DNA from: an uncultured delta proteobacterium | GTDB lineage: Bacteria > Myxococcota > Myxococcia > SLRQ01 | Assembly (NCBI GenBank): GCA_963727485.1 | Contig: CAVSGM010000001.1 | Span: 736,001 to 800,000 of the forward strand | DNA: 64,000 nt | Direction of reading: 5' to 3' | Shown here: in pieces, positions 1 to 16,257 of the stretch | Position numbering within the stretch: the stretch's first letter is position 1 | Layout of the letters: each line of letters starts with the position of its first letter | The notes under the pieces: generated by a model | Told to the model about the DNA's origin: nothing | Databases searched by the model: none | Seen by the model: only the letters and a program-made list of their open reading frames with translations | Position numbers and translations under genes: made by a program

Positions 1-984
1 GCCCGCCGCCCCAAGCCGGCGATGCCCCTGTGCGGGGAGCCGCCCCTGCGCTTCACCCTGGCGCGGCTCAAGGCTGCCGGGGTCGAAGAGGTGGTCATCA
101 ACACCCACTGGCTCCCCGAGGTCATCGAGCAGGCGGTGGGCAATCCGGCGGCCCTCGGCCTCACCGTGCACTACAGCCACGAGCCGCAAATCCTCGGCAC
201 CGGCGGCGGCCTGAAGAAGGCGGCGGAGCACTTCCAGGACGAGACCTTCTACCTGGTCAACGGGAAGCTGCTCTTCGACGCGGACCTCGAGGGCGCGGTG
301 CGCTTCCACCGGGACCACCAGGCCCTCGCCACCATGGTCCTGCGGCCGTACCCGGAGGGGAGCCGGTACTCGGCCATCGAGATCGACGACGGCGGTCGCA
401 TCCGCCGCTTCGTGGACCAGTTCGAGTGGGCCGGGCCCCTGACCAAGTGCCTGTTCACCGGGGTCCACGTCCTCGAGCCGCGGGTCCTCGAGTACCTGCC
501 CCCGGCCATCGAGGTGTGCATCAACGCCTGGGCCTACCCCCGGATGATCGCCGCCGACGAGGTGGTCTGCGGCTACCTCCAGACCGAGGGCTACTGGGCC
601 GAGCCGTCCACCCCGGCGCGCTACCTCGCCGCGGTCCAGGACCTCCTCGCCGGCCGGGTCGAGCTGGCGCGCTTCCGGGCCGGGGGCGTCGACCCCTTCG
701 CCGGGACCACCGGCGACGACCCGGGGATCCACGTCCACCCGGACGCCAAGGTCGGCGAGTGGGTGCAGCTCGAGCCCCCGTGCTACGTGGGCCCGGGGGT
801 CGAGCTCGGCGCCGGCTGCGAGGTGGGCCCCGGGGCCGCCATCGAGGCCGGCGCGGTCCTGGAGCCCGGGGCGGTGGTCACCCGCTCGGTGGTGTGGCCC
901 GGGACGGTGATCCGCGGCGAGGAGCGCCTGGACAAGGTCATCGCCCTCAAGGGCCACCGGGTGCCCGCGGCCAGCGACGACTGA
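1..984 (+). CDS. NDP-sugar pyrophosphorylase / nucleotidyltransferase (mannose-1-P guanylyltransferase-like), 5'-partial
   Basis: Frame open from base 1 (ARRPKPAMPL...); motifs VINTHWL, EPQILGTGGGL; C-terminal hexapeptide beta-helix repeats. Confidence 0.85.
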   Translation, partial: ARRPKPAMPLCGEPPLRFTLARLKAAGVEEVVINTHWLPEVIEQAVGNPAALGLTVHYSHEPQILGTGGGLKKAAEHFQDETFYLVNGKLLFDADLEGAVRFHRDHQALATMVLRPYPEGSRYSAIEIDDGGRIRRFVDQFEWAGPLTKCLFTGVHVLEPRVLEYLPPAIEVCINAWAYPRMIAADEVVCGYLQTEGYWAEPSTPARYLAAVQDLLAGRVELARFRAGGVDPFAGTTGDDPGIHVHPDAKVGEWVQLEPPCYVGPGVELGAGCEVGPGAAIEAGAVLEPGAVVTRSVVWPGTVIRGEERLDKVIALKGHRVPAASDD

Positions 985-1010
985 AGGCCGGTGCCCGGCG
1001 CTGGGCCGGG

Positions 1011-1778
1011 TCAGGCCTTGCGGTAGCGGGCGAGGACGACGGTGATGTTGTCGGCGCCGCCGGCGGCGTTGGCAGCCTCGATGAGCCGCTGGGTCGCCAG
1101 ATCGAGGTCGTCGCCCGCGCCCTTGAGGATCTCGGTCATCTGCGGGTCGGGGACCATGCCCGAGAGCCCGTCGGAGCACAGGAGGAACACGTCGCCGTCC
1201 TCGGGGGCCTGCTTGGCGACGTCCACCTGGACCGTGTCCTTCATCCCCAGCGCCCGGACGATGACGTTCTTGTGGGGGAAGTTCTCGATCTCCTCGGGGG
1301 TGAGCTTCTTGGCCTTGATGTAGTCGTTGAGCAGGGAGTGGTCCTCGGTGATCTGCTCGAGGACCCCGGCCCGGAAGCGGTAGACCCGGGAGTCGCCCAC
1401 GTGGCCCACGTAGGTGGAGCCGTTGCGGAAGAAGGTGGTGACGATGGTCGTCCCCATCCCCTTGTACTTGGCGTCGTCGAGGGCCGCCTGGAAGATGCGC
1501 TGGTTGGCGAGCATCACCGCGGTGGCGAGGCGGTTCTCGTCATAGTTGCGCTGGCGGTTCATCTTGTAGGGCCAGGTCGCCTCCTCGTCGCGCTCGGTCA
1601 TCCGGAAGAACTCGGCGACCTCGTCGACGGCGATCTTGCTGGCGATCTCCCCGGAGGAGTGCCCGCCCATGCCATCGGCGACGATGAAGAGGTTGGCCTC
1701 GGGAACCAGGAGGAAGTTGTCCTCGTTGTGGTTCCGCTTCATGCCGACGTGGGTCAACCCGGCGTATTCGATCGGCAT
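1011..1778 (-). CDS. pph1: PP2C-family Ser/Thr phosphatase (Stp1/IreP; myxobacterial Pph1-like)
   Basis: [54 protein letters not shown] insert typical of myxobacterial Pph1. Confidence 0.9.
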   Translation of the reverse strand: MPIEYAGLTHVGMKRNHNEDNFLLVPEANLFIVADGMGGHSSGEIASKIAVDEVAEFFRMTERDEEATWPYKMNRQRNYDENRLATAVMLANQRIFQAALDDAKYKGMGTTIVTTFFRNGSTYVGHVGDSRVYRFRAGVLEQITEDHSLLNDYIKAKKLTPEEIENFPHKNVIVRALGMKDTVQVDVAKQAPEDGDVFLLCSDGLSGMVPDPQMTEILKGAGDDLDLATQRLIEAANAAGGADNITVVLARYRKA

Positions 1779-1880
1779 GGCTCCGGTTCCCTGGTCGGCG
1801 ATGGGTCCTGGTGCGGCCCGCCACGGGCAGGCCGGCCTCCTCGATCCAGTTTCGACGCTACAATCATGCGTGATTGAGGG

Positions 1881-2255
1881 TCAAGACGCGTCCGCCTCGG
1901 GGCCATCGGTCAACTGGCCGAAGACCACCTGGTCGCCCTCGTAGGTCCCGGTGGCGGCGAGGGTCCCCGGGGGCAGCTCCACCACGCTCCGGGCCTTGGC
2001 GTACACCCGGGTGAGGCGCCAGGGGGGCAGGGCCGCGAAGGCCCGGACCACCTTCCCGCTCCGGTCGAGGAAGAGGACGTCGATGGTGAAGCGCATGAAG
2101 AAGGTGTGGATGGAGTTGCAGGGGTCGATGTGGATCCCCTCGCCGGCCTCGAGGCCGCTGCGCCCGAGGAGGCCCTTCATCCGCTCCCGGGCCTTCGCGG
2201 CGCGCCAGGCGCGGTCGGCGAGGGTGGTGCCCCGGGTGGCGTTGGTGATGACCAT
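1881..2255 (-). CDS. DUF192 family protein
   Basis: [35 protein letters not shown]. Confidence 0.85.
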   Translation of the reverse strand: MVITNATRGTTLADRAWRAAKARERMKGLLGRSGLEAGEGIHIDPCNSIHTFFMRFTIDVLFLDRSGKVVRAFAALPPWRLTRVYAKARSVVELPPGTLAATGTYEGDQVVFGQLTDGPEADAS

Positions 2256-2274
2256 CGGTTAGGAACGCTACCAG

Positions 2275-2757
2275 ATGGCCCACCTCCAGGCACCCGATCC
2301 GCCCCTCGAGATCGTCCTCCACCAGCCGGAGATCCCCCCGAACACCGGGAACGTGGCCCGGCTCTGCGCCTGCACCGGGAGCCGGCTGCACCTGGTGGCG
2401 CCCCTGGGGTTCTCCCTGGAGGACCGGTACCTCAAGCGTGCGGGCCTCGACTACTGGGACAAGGTCCACGTGGCCACCTGGGAGAGCTTCGAGGCGCTTT
2501 TGGCCACCCGCCCCGGGCAGCGCTTCCACCTGTTCACCGCCCGGGCCGGGCGGAGCCTCTGGGAGGCGGACCTCGCCCCCGGGGACCTCCTGGTCTTCGG
2601 CCGGGAGTCCACCGGGCTCCCCCGCGCGCTCCTCGACGCCTACCCCGACCGTCAGGTGGCCCTGCCGATGCTCCCGGGGCGCCGGAGCCTGAACCTCTCG
2701 TCCACGGTGGCGGTGGCGGTCTACGAGGCCCTGCGCCGGCGTCAGGGTGGGGTGTGA
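2275..2757 (+). CDS. trmL: tRNA (cytidine/uridine(34)-2'-O)-methyltransferase, SPOUT family
   Basis: PEIPPNTGNVARLC, KRAGLDYW, FGRESTGLP, RSLNLS. Confidence 0.95.
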   Translation: MAHLQAPDPPLEIVLHQPEIPPNTGNVARLCACTGSRLHLVAPLGFSLEDRYLKRAGLDYWDKVHVATWESFEALLATRPGQRFHLFTARAGRSLWEADLAPGDLLVFGRESTGLPRALLDAYPDRQVALPMLPGRRSLNLSSTVAVAVYEALRRRQGGV

Positions 2758-2802
2758 TCCCGGCCGCGTCGGGTTCTTGGCGGCGGTGGTAGGATTCGGA
2801 CC

Positions 2803-4600
2803 ATGGCGTCCGCCACTGCCGCCGGGGGGTCCTTGAGCCCCGCCACCCTGGTCCGGGTCCTGGGCCGCTTCTACCGGGAGCGGGCCACCGGCGTCCTGGT
2901 GGTGGAGCATGACGGCGGGCTCTCCCGGGCCTTCTTCCGCAACGGCTTCCCCGCCGGCGCCAACGTCTTCGCGAACTTCAAGCCCCTGGGCCGCTTCCTC
3001 CTCGACATCGGCTGGATTGACTTCGAGACCCTCAACCGCTCCCTCGAGGAGGTGGCGAAGACCAAGCGACCCCAGGGCGAGGTCCTGGTGGAGCTCGGGG
3101 CCCTGACCCGGGAGAAGCTGGCGCTCGGCCTGCGCCGGCAGCTCCTCGCCAACCTCACCGAGCTCTTGCGCCTGGAGGCCGGGAGCTGGCGCTTCGACGC
3201 CGACGGGCTCCCGCCCTGGACCGAGGATCTCGGCGGTGTCCCCCCATGAGGCGGTGCTCCGCTTCCTCCTCAACGGCGAGTCGGCCCCCCGGGTCGCCGC
3301 GCTCCTCGCCAACCTCGGGGACGGGCCCCTGGTCCTCTCCGACGACTTCGACCGCGAGCGCAAGCGCTTCGACCTCGCCAGCGCCGATCAGCAGGCCCTC
3401 GAGGGGTTCCGGTCCCCGGCGACCCTGGCGTCGGTGCTCGGCGGCGCCGGCCTGCCCGCCGGGCGGCTGGAGGCGGTGGTCGCGGCCCTCTCGGTCTTCG
3501 GCCTGGTGATCGGTGCCGGGGGCGACGCCGGGGGCACTGACGACGACGACGCGGGGGGGACGCAGCCCTCCGGGGAGGACGCCGGGGCCGGCGCGGGCGG
3601 CACCGGCGGCGCCTCCAAGCCGGCCTCCGCCTCCGCCGACGTCCGGGCCCGGCGTTCCCGGCTCCTCCGCCGCGCCTTCCAGAACATCCCCGGCGCCCAG
3701 GTCATGAACCAGTCCCGCCGGCAGGCCGGGGGTGGCGCGAGCCCCCAGGCGCCCGCGGCCGGCAACGGCACGCCCCCGGGCACGTCCCCGGGCACGTCCC
3801 CGGCGCCGGACGCCCAGGCGGGCACCTCCACCCGGGACCGCGCGGCCGAGGCCGAGGCCCGGGCCCTCCTCCGGGAGCTCGACACCCGCCACGCCGCCAT
3901 CGCCAAGGAGGACTTCTACCGGCGCCTGGGGCTCGGCACCTCGGCCCCCCTGCCCAAGGTCAAGGCGGCCTACCTGCTCCTGGCGAAGAAGTACCACCCG
4001 GACCGGGTCGGGGTCCTGGGGCTCCCGGCGAGCGCCGGCGCCCAGCTCCGCGCGGTCTTCGAGGCGATCCACGAGGCCTACGAGACCCTGGTCGATCCGA
4101 AGGCCCGCGCCGAGTACGACAGGCTCCTCTCCAACGAGAAGGTCAAGGGCGATAGGGACCAGGCGCGGCGTCTCGCCGAGGCGAACATCCAGTTCAAGAA
4201 GGGCGAGGCCCTGTTCCGCAAGAAGGACTACGCCCAGGCGGTGAGCTACCTGGAGCCGGCGGCCAAGGCCGATCCGGACAACGGCCTCTACCTGGTGAGC
4301 CTCGCCTGGGCCAAGTTCAACGCCGGCCCGGCGCCGAAGGTCAAGGACGAGGTGACCCGGCTCCTCCAGCGGGCCACGCGCCTCGAGGGCGCCAAGGACC
4401 GCGCCTGGTACTACCTCGGGCTCCTGGCACGGACGGACGACCGCATCGACGACGCGGTTCGCTACTTCGAGAGCGCGGTGAGGCTCAACAAGCACCTCAC
4501 CGAGGCGGTGAGCGAGCTGCGGGTGATCCGCCGGCGCCAGGAGAAGCAGGCGGACAGCTCCACCGGCCGCTTCTTCAAGAAGATGCTGGGCAAGGACTAG
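2803..4600 (+). CDS. DUF4388 - J-domain - TPR protein; one frameshift near 3235-3246 joins ORFs 2803-3249 and 3236-4600
   Basis: N-terminal RERATGVLVV...FFRNG...PLGRFL (DUF4388-like); J-domain DFYRRLGL...KKYHPD; C-terminal TPRs. Confidence 0.8.
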
Positions 4601-4624
4601 CGCCGGCCGCCGGCCGGGGCACCG

Positions 4625-4966
4625 TCAGCTGCCCAGGTAGCCGACCAGGGCGTCGCGGTCCGCGTCGGCCAGGCCGATGAACTCGATGCCCATCCCCGCC
4701 GGGCGCTCTCCGTCGGCCCCGCGGGTGACCCAGGCGACGCGGCCCCGGCAGCGGATCGTCCGGTCGGTCGCGGGGAGGGCGAACTCCAGGTCGATCTCCT
4801 CGTCCACCTCGAAGAGGAGCTCGGCCTTGAGGAAGGCGCCGCCGCTGGAGAGGTCGTGGGTGTCGAGGACGATCTCGCCGAGGCCCCAGTCGTCGCCGAG
4901 GCGGAACTCGGTCTCCACCGCCTTGCGCTCGCCGCTGCGCTGCTCGTCGTCGTGCTCGTCCACCAT
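4625..4966 (-). CDS. Stand-alone PilZ-domain protein (myxobacterial type)
   Basis: RSGER (RxxxR), DLSSGG (DxSxxG), GRVAWV, GMGIEF. Confidence 0.85.
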   Translation of the reverse strand: MVDEHDDEQRSGERKAVETEFRLGDDWGLGEIVLDTHDLSSGGAFLKAELLFEVDEEIDLEFALPATDRTIRCRGRVAWVTRGADGERPAGMGIEFIGLADADRDALVGYLGS

Positions 4967-5119
4967 GGTGTGACCCGAGTATCCGCTCGCCCCTGGCGGG
5001 GGGTCAAGAACGTGACGACCCGGCGGGCGGGGGCTTCCTTGACTTGGGGCAGGGCCCGGGTGATCATCTCGCGTCTCGCCGGGTGGCCGTTTCCCCTTGC
5101 AACTTCAAGGGACTACACG

Positions 5120-8041
<2,922 letters not shown>

Positions 8042-8099
8042 CCGGCTGGGGCCCTCGCCAGGGTGGCGCCAAGCGCCCGGCCGGTGCTACATGCGTCCG

Positions 8100-9119
8100 A
8101 TGCACGAGGACGCCCGCCTGCTCGCTCTCGAGACCTCCTGCGACGAGACCGCCGCCGCCGTGGTGCGCGGGGGCCGGGAGATCCTCGCCAGCCGGGTCCA
8201 CAGCCAGGTGGACCTCCACCGCGCCTACGGGGGCGTGGTCCCCGAGCTCGCCTCCCGGGACCACCTGGCGCGGATCCTCCCGGTGGTCGACGCCGCCCTC
8301 GAGGACGCCGGGCTCACCGTCGACAATCTCGATGCCATCGCCGTGACCGCCGGCCCGGGGCTGGTGGGGGCGCTCCTCGTGGGCCTCCAGGCGGCCAAGG
8401 GGCTCGCCACCGCGGCGGGCCGACCCCTGGTGGCGGTGAACCACCTCGCCGGGCACCTCGCCGCGGTGAACCTCGAGCCCGATCCCCCCGAGGCGCCCTT
8501 CGTGGGCCTGGTGGTCTCCGGCGGGCACACCAACCTCTACGAGGTGGGCGAGGGGACGCCCTGGCGCTTCCGCCTCCTCGGGCGCACCCGCGACGACGCC
8601 GCCGGCGAGGCCTTCGACAAGGTGGCGCGGCTCCTCAACCTCGGCTACCCCGGTGGCAAGGTCATCGACGATCTCGCCCAGGCCGGCAATCCCAAGGCCG
8701 TGGACTTCCCCCGGGGCCTGCGCCGCCGCAGCGAGCTCGACTTCTCCTTCAGCGGCCTGAAGACGGCGGTGCGCCTCCACGTGGAGAAGCACGGCGTCCC
8801 CGAGGGCCCGGGCCTCGCCGACCTCTGCGCCTCGATGCAGGAGGCGGTGGTCGACAGCCTGGTGACCAAGGCCCTGGCCGCCTGCGAGCAGACCGGGGCG
8901 TCGCGGCTGGTGATCGCCGGCGGCGTGGCCGCCAACAGTCGGCTGCGGGCCGAGGCGGCCAGGCGCGGCGAGGCCGCCGGGGTGCGCGTGTGGATCCCGC
9001 CGCTGCGCCTGTGCACCGACAACGCGGCGATGATCGCCGCCTATGGTCACCAGCGCTTCGTCGCCGGGGAGCTCGCCGGCCCCGACCTCAACGCCGACCC
9101 CGGCTGGCGCCTGGGATGA
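8100..9119 (+). CDS. tsaD: tRNA N6-threonylcarbamoyladenosine transferase TsaD
   Basis: ETSCDETA, GGVVPELASRDH, GPGLVGAL, NHLAGH, SGGHT, DDAAGEAFDK, CTDNAAMIA. Confidence 0.97.
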   Translation: MHEDARLLALETSCDETAAAVVRGGREILASRVHSQVDLHRAYGGVVPELASRDHLARILPVVDAALEDAGLTVDNLDAIAVTAGPGLVGALLVGLQAAKGLATAAGRPLVAVNHLAGHLAAVNLEPDPPEAPFVGLVVSGGHTNLYEVGEGTPWRFRLLGRTRDDAAGEAFDKVARLLNLGYPGGKVIDDLAQAGNPKAVDFPRGLRRRSELDFSFSGLKTAVRLHVEKHGVPEGPGLADLCASMQEAVVDSLVTKALAACEQTGASRLVIAGGVAANSRLRAEAARRGEAAGVRVWIPPLRLCTDNAAMIAAYGHQRFVAGELAGPDLNADPGWRLG

Positions 9120-9979
9120 GATACCCCGGCGTCCGGGAGCTCCTCGATCGGCACCGCCTGGCGCCGAAGAAGGCCTGGGGGCAGAACTTCCTCCGGGAAC
9201 CCCTGGTCCTCGATCGCATCGCCGACGTCGCCGAGGTGGGCGAGGGTGACCGGGTGGTCGAGCTCGGCGCCGGACTCGGCCATCTCACCGCCTGCCTCGC
9301 CGAGACCGGCGCCGACGTCGTCGCCGTGGAGCGTGACCGCGACCTGGTGCCGGTCCTCGAGGAGACCTTCGCCTCGGCGCCCACCGTGCGCGTGGTCGCC
9401 GCCGACGCCAAGACCGTCGACCTCCAGTCGCTCCGGGGCGACGGCCCGCCGCTGGTGGTCGTGGGAAACCTGCCCTACCACCTGACCAGCCCCATCCTCT
9501 TCCACCTCCTCGAGGCGCGGGCCGATCTCGCGCGCATCGTGGTGATGATCCAGAAGGAGGTCGCCGAGCGCCTGGCGGCGGGGCCCGGGACCAAGGCCTA
9601 CGGGGTGCTCTCGGTGCGCTTCCAGCTGTGGGCGGAGGTCGAGCTGGCCTTCGACGTGCCGCCGACCGCCTTCGTGCCCCCGCCCAAGGTCACCAGCACC
9701 GTGGTGCGGATGGACCTGCGGCACGCGCCGCTCGCCGACCCCGGGGACCCGGACGTCTTCCGCCGGGTGGTCGCCGCGGCCTTCGGCCAGCGCCGCAAGA
9801 CCCTGAACAACGCGCTCAAGAGCCTGGTGCCCGACGCCGAGGCGCGGCGGGCGGTGCTGGCGGAGGCGGGGATCGACGCCGGGGCCCGGGCGGAGACGGT
9901 GCCGGTCACGGGGTTCGCGGCGCTGTCGCGGGCGGTGGTGGCGGCGGGGGGCGGCGCGCCAATCACGTCGCCTCGATGA
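9116..9979 (+). CDS. rsmA: 16S rRNA adenine dimethyltransferase RsmA/KsgA
   Basis: ATGA overlap with tsaD; KKAWGQNFL, ELGAGLG, GNLPYHLTSP, MIQKEVAER, FVPPPKV, FGQRRKTL. Confidence 0.96.
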   Translation: MRYPGVRELLDRHRLAPKKAWGQNFLREPLVLDRIADVAEVGEGDRVVELGAGLGHLTACLAETGADVVAVERDRDLVPVLEETFASAPTVRVVAADAKTVDLQSLRGDGPPLVVVGNLPYHLTSPILFHLLEARADLARIVVMIQKEVAERLAAGPGTKAYGVLSVRFQLWAEVELAFDVPPTAFVPPPKVTSTVVRMDLRHAPLADPGDPDVFRRVVAAAFGQRRKTLNNALKSLVPDAEARRAVLAEAGIDAGARAETVPVTGFAALSRAVVAAGGGAPITSPR

Positions 9980-10697
9980 GCCCGTGCCGGCGCCATCCGA
10001 CCCCGAGGAGCCAGGTGTGCGGCCGGGCCACGGGGACCTCCGGCGGCCCGGCCCCCGCGGCACCGCCGCCCGGTCGGGGTGGCCGCTTCCACCCGTCGAA
10101 GACGCGCCCCGACGCGTAGGGATCGAGCGGCGCCTCCGCCTCCCGGCGCCGGCCCCCTGGCCGCGCGCCGAGTCCGGCAGGCCGGGGCGCCCACTGGCCG
10201 GCGTGGTGCCGGTGGTTCCCCAGCACGTAGGCGAGGGCGTTGCGCACCTGCCGCGGGCTCCGGAGGATGCGCGCGTGGTAGCGGTCGGCGAGCACTGGCC
10301 CGCGGGTACCCATGAGCCGGTTGAGACCCCGGGCGATGCGCACGCCGAGGCCCTTCATCGCCCGGCCCAGGGCTACCGCGTCCCGGGCCTCGACCAGCAG
10401 GTGCACGTGGTTGCCCTGCACCGAATAGTGGCAGAGGCGCACCCCGCGGCGCTCCCGTGCGGCGAGGAACGCGGCTCCGAGGACCCGGAGGCAGCGCCGG
10501 GAGCGGAGCTGGTAGACGTGGGGCTGGACCCGGAGCGTGACATGGACCGGATAGCGCGACGCGAAGCGGGGCCGGGACGTGTGGGCGACGCCGGGGCGAT
10601 CCCCAGCGGGCTTGCGACCGGCCCCGGGCCGGGCACCGCCCCAGGTGGGGAGGCGGAGATTTAGCTGGCGCGGTCGCTTCAGGCGTCGTCTGGGCAT
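9963..10697 (-). mobile_element. HUH (Y1) tyrosine transposase, REP-associated (RAYT/TnpA-REP-like)
   Basis: PVHVTLR, HUH motif YSVQGNHVHLLVEA, DRYHARIL, catalytic Tyr in AYVLGN; N-terminal WGGARPGAGRKP; no tnpB nearby. Confidence 0.85.
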
Positions 10698-10773
10698 GGG
10701 AACTCCCGGTGGGGGTGGGGGCCGGCGACGGCCGTGGTGGCGGCGACCCCTTCTCGATCTCGATTCAGCGGAC

Positions 10774-10795
10774 ATTCTAGCCAGGGGGTCTGACA
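10774..10795 (-). promoter_or_regulatory. RecA-NDp/PafBC-like promoter motif TGTCAG-N10-TAGAAT upstream of the transposase
   Basis: Minus strand reads TGTCAGACCCCCTGGCTAGAAT, matching TGTC(A/G)G-N10-TA-N3-T. Confidence 0.55.
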
Positions 10796-10808
10796 CCGGG
10801 CGTGGTCT

Positions 10809-10847
10809 GATGCCAGATGGCGACTGATGAACCTGCCATCTGGCATC
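10809..10847. repeat. Perfect 13-bp inverted repeat with 13-nt loop
   Basis: GATGCCAGATGGC (10809-10821) and GCCATCTGGCATC (10835-10847). Confidence 0.9.
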
Positions 10848-10941
10848 CACCCTGGCCCGGGAGCTTTCCGGCCCGGGTCGCGGCGCGGGCGAGGCGCACC
10901 GGGACCTCGGGGATGGCTGCCTCGGGGAGGCTCTGGACCCT

Positions 10942-10982
10942 GGCGCCCCGGTCGTTGGTCCGGGGCGCCCCGGTCGTTGGTC
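10942..10982. repeat. 19-bp direct repeat pair that also forms a 10-bp hairpin
   Basis: ggcgccccggtcgttggtc at 10942 and 10964; ggcgccccgg pairs with ccggggcgcc (10960-10969). Confidence 0.8.
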
Positions 10983-11120
10983 TGGATCGCCTGGATGGCC
11001 TTGGGGAGCCGGCGGCGATCCAAGGTTCCGTCCCGGGATCCCTGCCGCCGGTGGGGGGCCGCAAACGTGAGGGCGGATCAGGCGTCTCGGGCGAGCGCGG
11101 CGCGGGGACCTCGGGGCCGT

Positions 11121-11167
11121 CCCGGCGTGGGCATCGGCCCCGGCGTGGGCGTCGGCCCCGGCGTGGG
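11121..11167. repeat. 18-bp tandem repeat, about 2.6 copies
   Basis: cccggcgtgggcRtcggc units. Confidence 0.8.
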
Positions 11168-11293
11168 AGCGGGTCGCGGACTGGTGCTGGTCTGGCAACT
11201 CGATTCGGCGGACATTGCGGGGCCCGGTCGGTGCAGCGGACATTCGTATCCGGCAGCCATCACGATCCGGTGGTCGTGGACGGCCCGGCCAGT

Positions 11294-11346
11294 GCCGGCG
11301 ACCCGGCACGGGCGGGCCCGATGGGGGATTCGGGCGCCGAGTGATC
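11294..11346 (+). repeat. Dispersed ~53-bp REP-like repeat, copy 1
   Basis: gccggcgacccggcacgggcgggcc...ggat...ggcgccRag; internal stem gtgccgg-cgac-ccggcac. Confidence 0.85.
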
Positions 11347-11579
11347 TGGCGCTGGAGGCCCGGAGCCCTGCGTCAGCTGGCGCCGGCTTCAGCGCGGGAC
11401 GGCGCCCGCCGTCAGGGCCTGGAGGCCACCGCCGGGTGCTGCACCCCGCCCGACTGGGGCTGCGTGCCGCGCCCCGCCCGGGCCCGCGCCCCCTGGTCGT
11501 CTCGGGATCTCGCGAAGCGACGCAAGGTGACGCGACGGGACGCGACGCGCCCCGAGTCGCGCCGCGTGTCGCAGCGCTG

Positions 11580-12239
11580 CTACTTCCCCGTCGCCGGCTT
11601 CGCGGGCGCCTTGGCCCCCTCGTCGCCGTCGTGGTCGCCATCGGCCTTGGCCGCGCCCGTGGTCGCCGCGTCGCCCGGTGCCGGCACGGTGGCCGCCCCC
11701 GGCTTCGCCTCGTCCTCGCCCCAGACGTGCAGGCCCGAGGCCTCGACCAGCTTCTGGTACTTGCCGTCCTTGAGCTTGGGGAGCTCGCGGATGAAGGCCA
11801 CGATGGCCCGAAGCTCGTGGTCGGAGTGGGTGGGGCCGAAGGCGGGCATCCCGGTCATGCGGATGCCGTTCTTCGCCAGCCAGTAGAGCTGCGCGTCGCT
11901 CATGTCCTGGGAGTCCTCCCAGAGGTGCGGCGGCGGCGGGTTGAGGCCCTTGGCGGCGTCGGTGGGCTTCATCGACGGGGCCAGGTGGCACATCACGCAG
12001 TCCTCGTTGTAGTGCTCGAGGCCGAGCTTGAGGAGCGCCGGGTCGTCGTGGTCGATGGCCTTGATGGCGGTGGCGTGCTTGGCCACCGACTTGTCGCTGG
12101 CGGTGCCGAGGATCCACTCCTCCATCCTGGACGGAGGCGGGATCGCCGAGACGTTCACCGCGCCGCTGTAGACGACGAAGAGTCCGCCCGCCGCTTCGAG
12201 CACCAGCACCACCACCACCGTCCACAAGATACGCTTCAC
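11580..12239 (-). CDS. Membrane-anchored monoheme cytochrome c
   Basis: GTG start after GAGGAGG; N-terminal TM; CVMCH; GLNPPPPHL; KNGIRMTGMPAF. Confidence 0.88.
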   Translation of the reverse strand: MKRILWTVVVVLVLEAAGGLFVVYSGAVNVSAIPPPSRMEEWILGTASDKSVAKHATAIKAIDHDDPALLKLGLEHYNEDCVMCHLAPSMKPTDAAKGLNPPPPHLWEDSQDMSDAQLYWLAKNGIRMTGMPAFGPTHSDHELRAIVAFIRELPKLKDGKYQKLVEASGLHVWGEDEAKPGAATVPAPGDAATTGAAKADGDHDGDEGAKAPAKPATGK

Positions 12240-12388
12240 GTCGGCCTCCTCGGGGATCCCCAGGCACGGGAACGTTGCACACGCGCCCCACCCGGGCAAC
12301 CTTACCAGCCCGCCAAACGCCCGAAACCCCTGGGGACGGAGAGTGGGGCCTGCACGGGGCCCCGGGGATGCGGTAGACCACGGAGGCC

Positions 12389-15880
<3,492 letters not shown>

Positions 15881-15967
15881 GGGGAAGGGCGTCTGGCGGC
15901 GGGGCCGGGCGTTCGGGACGGGCGGCGACCTCGGCGGCCGGCCGCGTGCCGGCGGGTTCCGGAGGTT

Positions 15968-16017
15968 GCCGGCGACGCGGCACGGGCGGGCCTCCTGCGG
16001 GATGCAGGCGCCAAGTG
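15968..16017 (+). repeat. Dispersed REP-like repeat, copy 2 (between convergent dnaE and argS)
   Basis: gccggcgacgcggcacgggcgggcctcctgcgggatgcaggcgccaagtg; 44/50 identical to copy 3 by manual count. Confidence 0.85.
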
Positions 16018-16257
16018 GCACGGAGCCGGTGACCCCTCAGGTCCTGCGCCACTCGGCGCCGGGCTCACCGCTGGTTCGTGCCCGCCGGCGGGTGAACGCA
16101 GGGCAGCAGCGTTCGCGGCGTCTCTTGATTCGCATGCTCGTGAGGTGGCGGTCCTCTTAGCGAGCGCGAGCGAGACATCCCGACTCGGCGGACATCCCGA
16201 CCGGACGCCCCGCTCGACTCGCCAGACGTCCGCCCGCCGCTCCCCTCGCCCGCCCGC

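Noticed and set aside
9963..11580. IS200/IS605 element with TnpB or IscB and a guide RNA
   Set aside because: No RuvC, zinc-finger or HNH ORF is adjacent; the transposase length and motifs fit a stand-alone RAYT-like protein.
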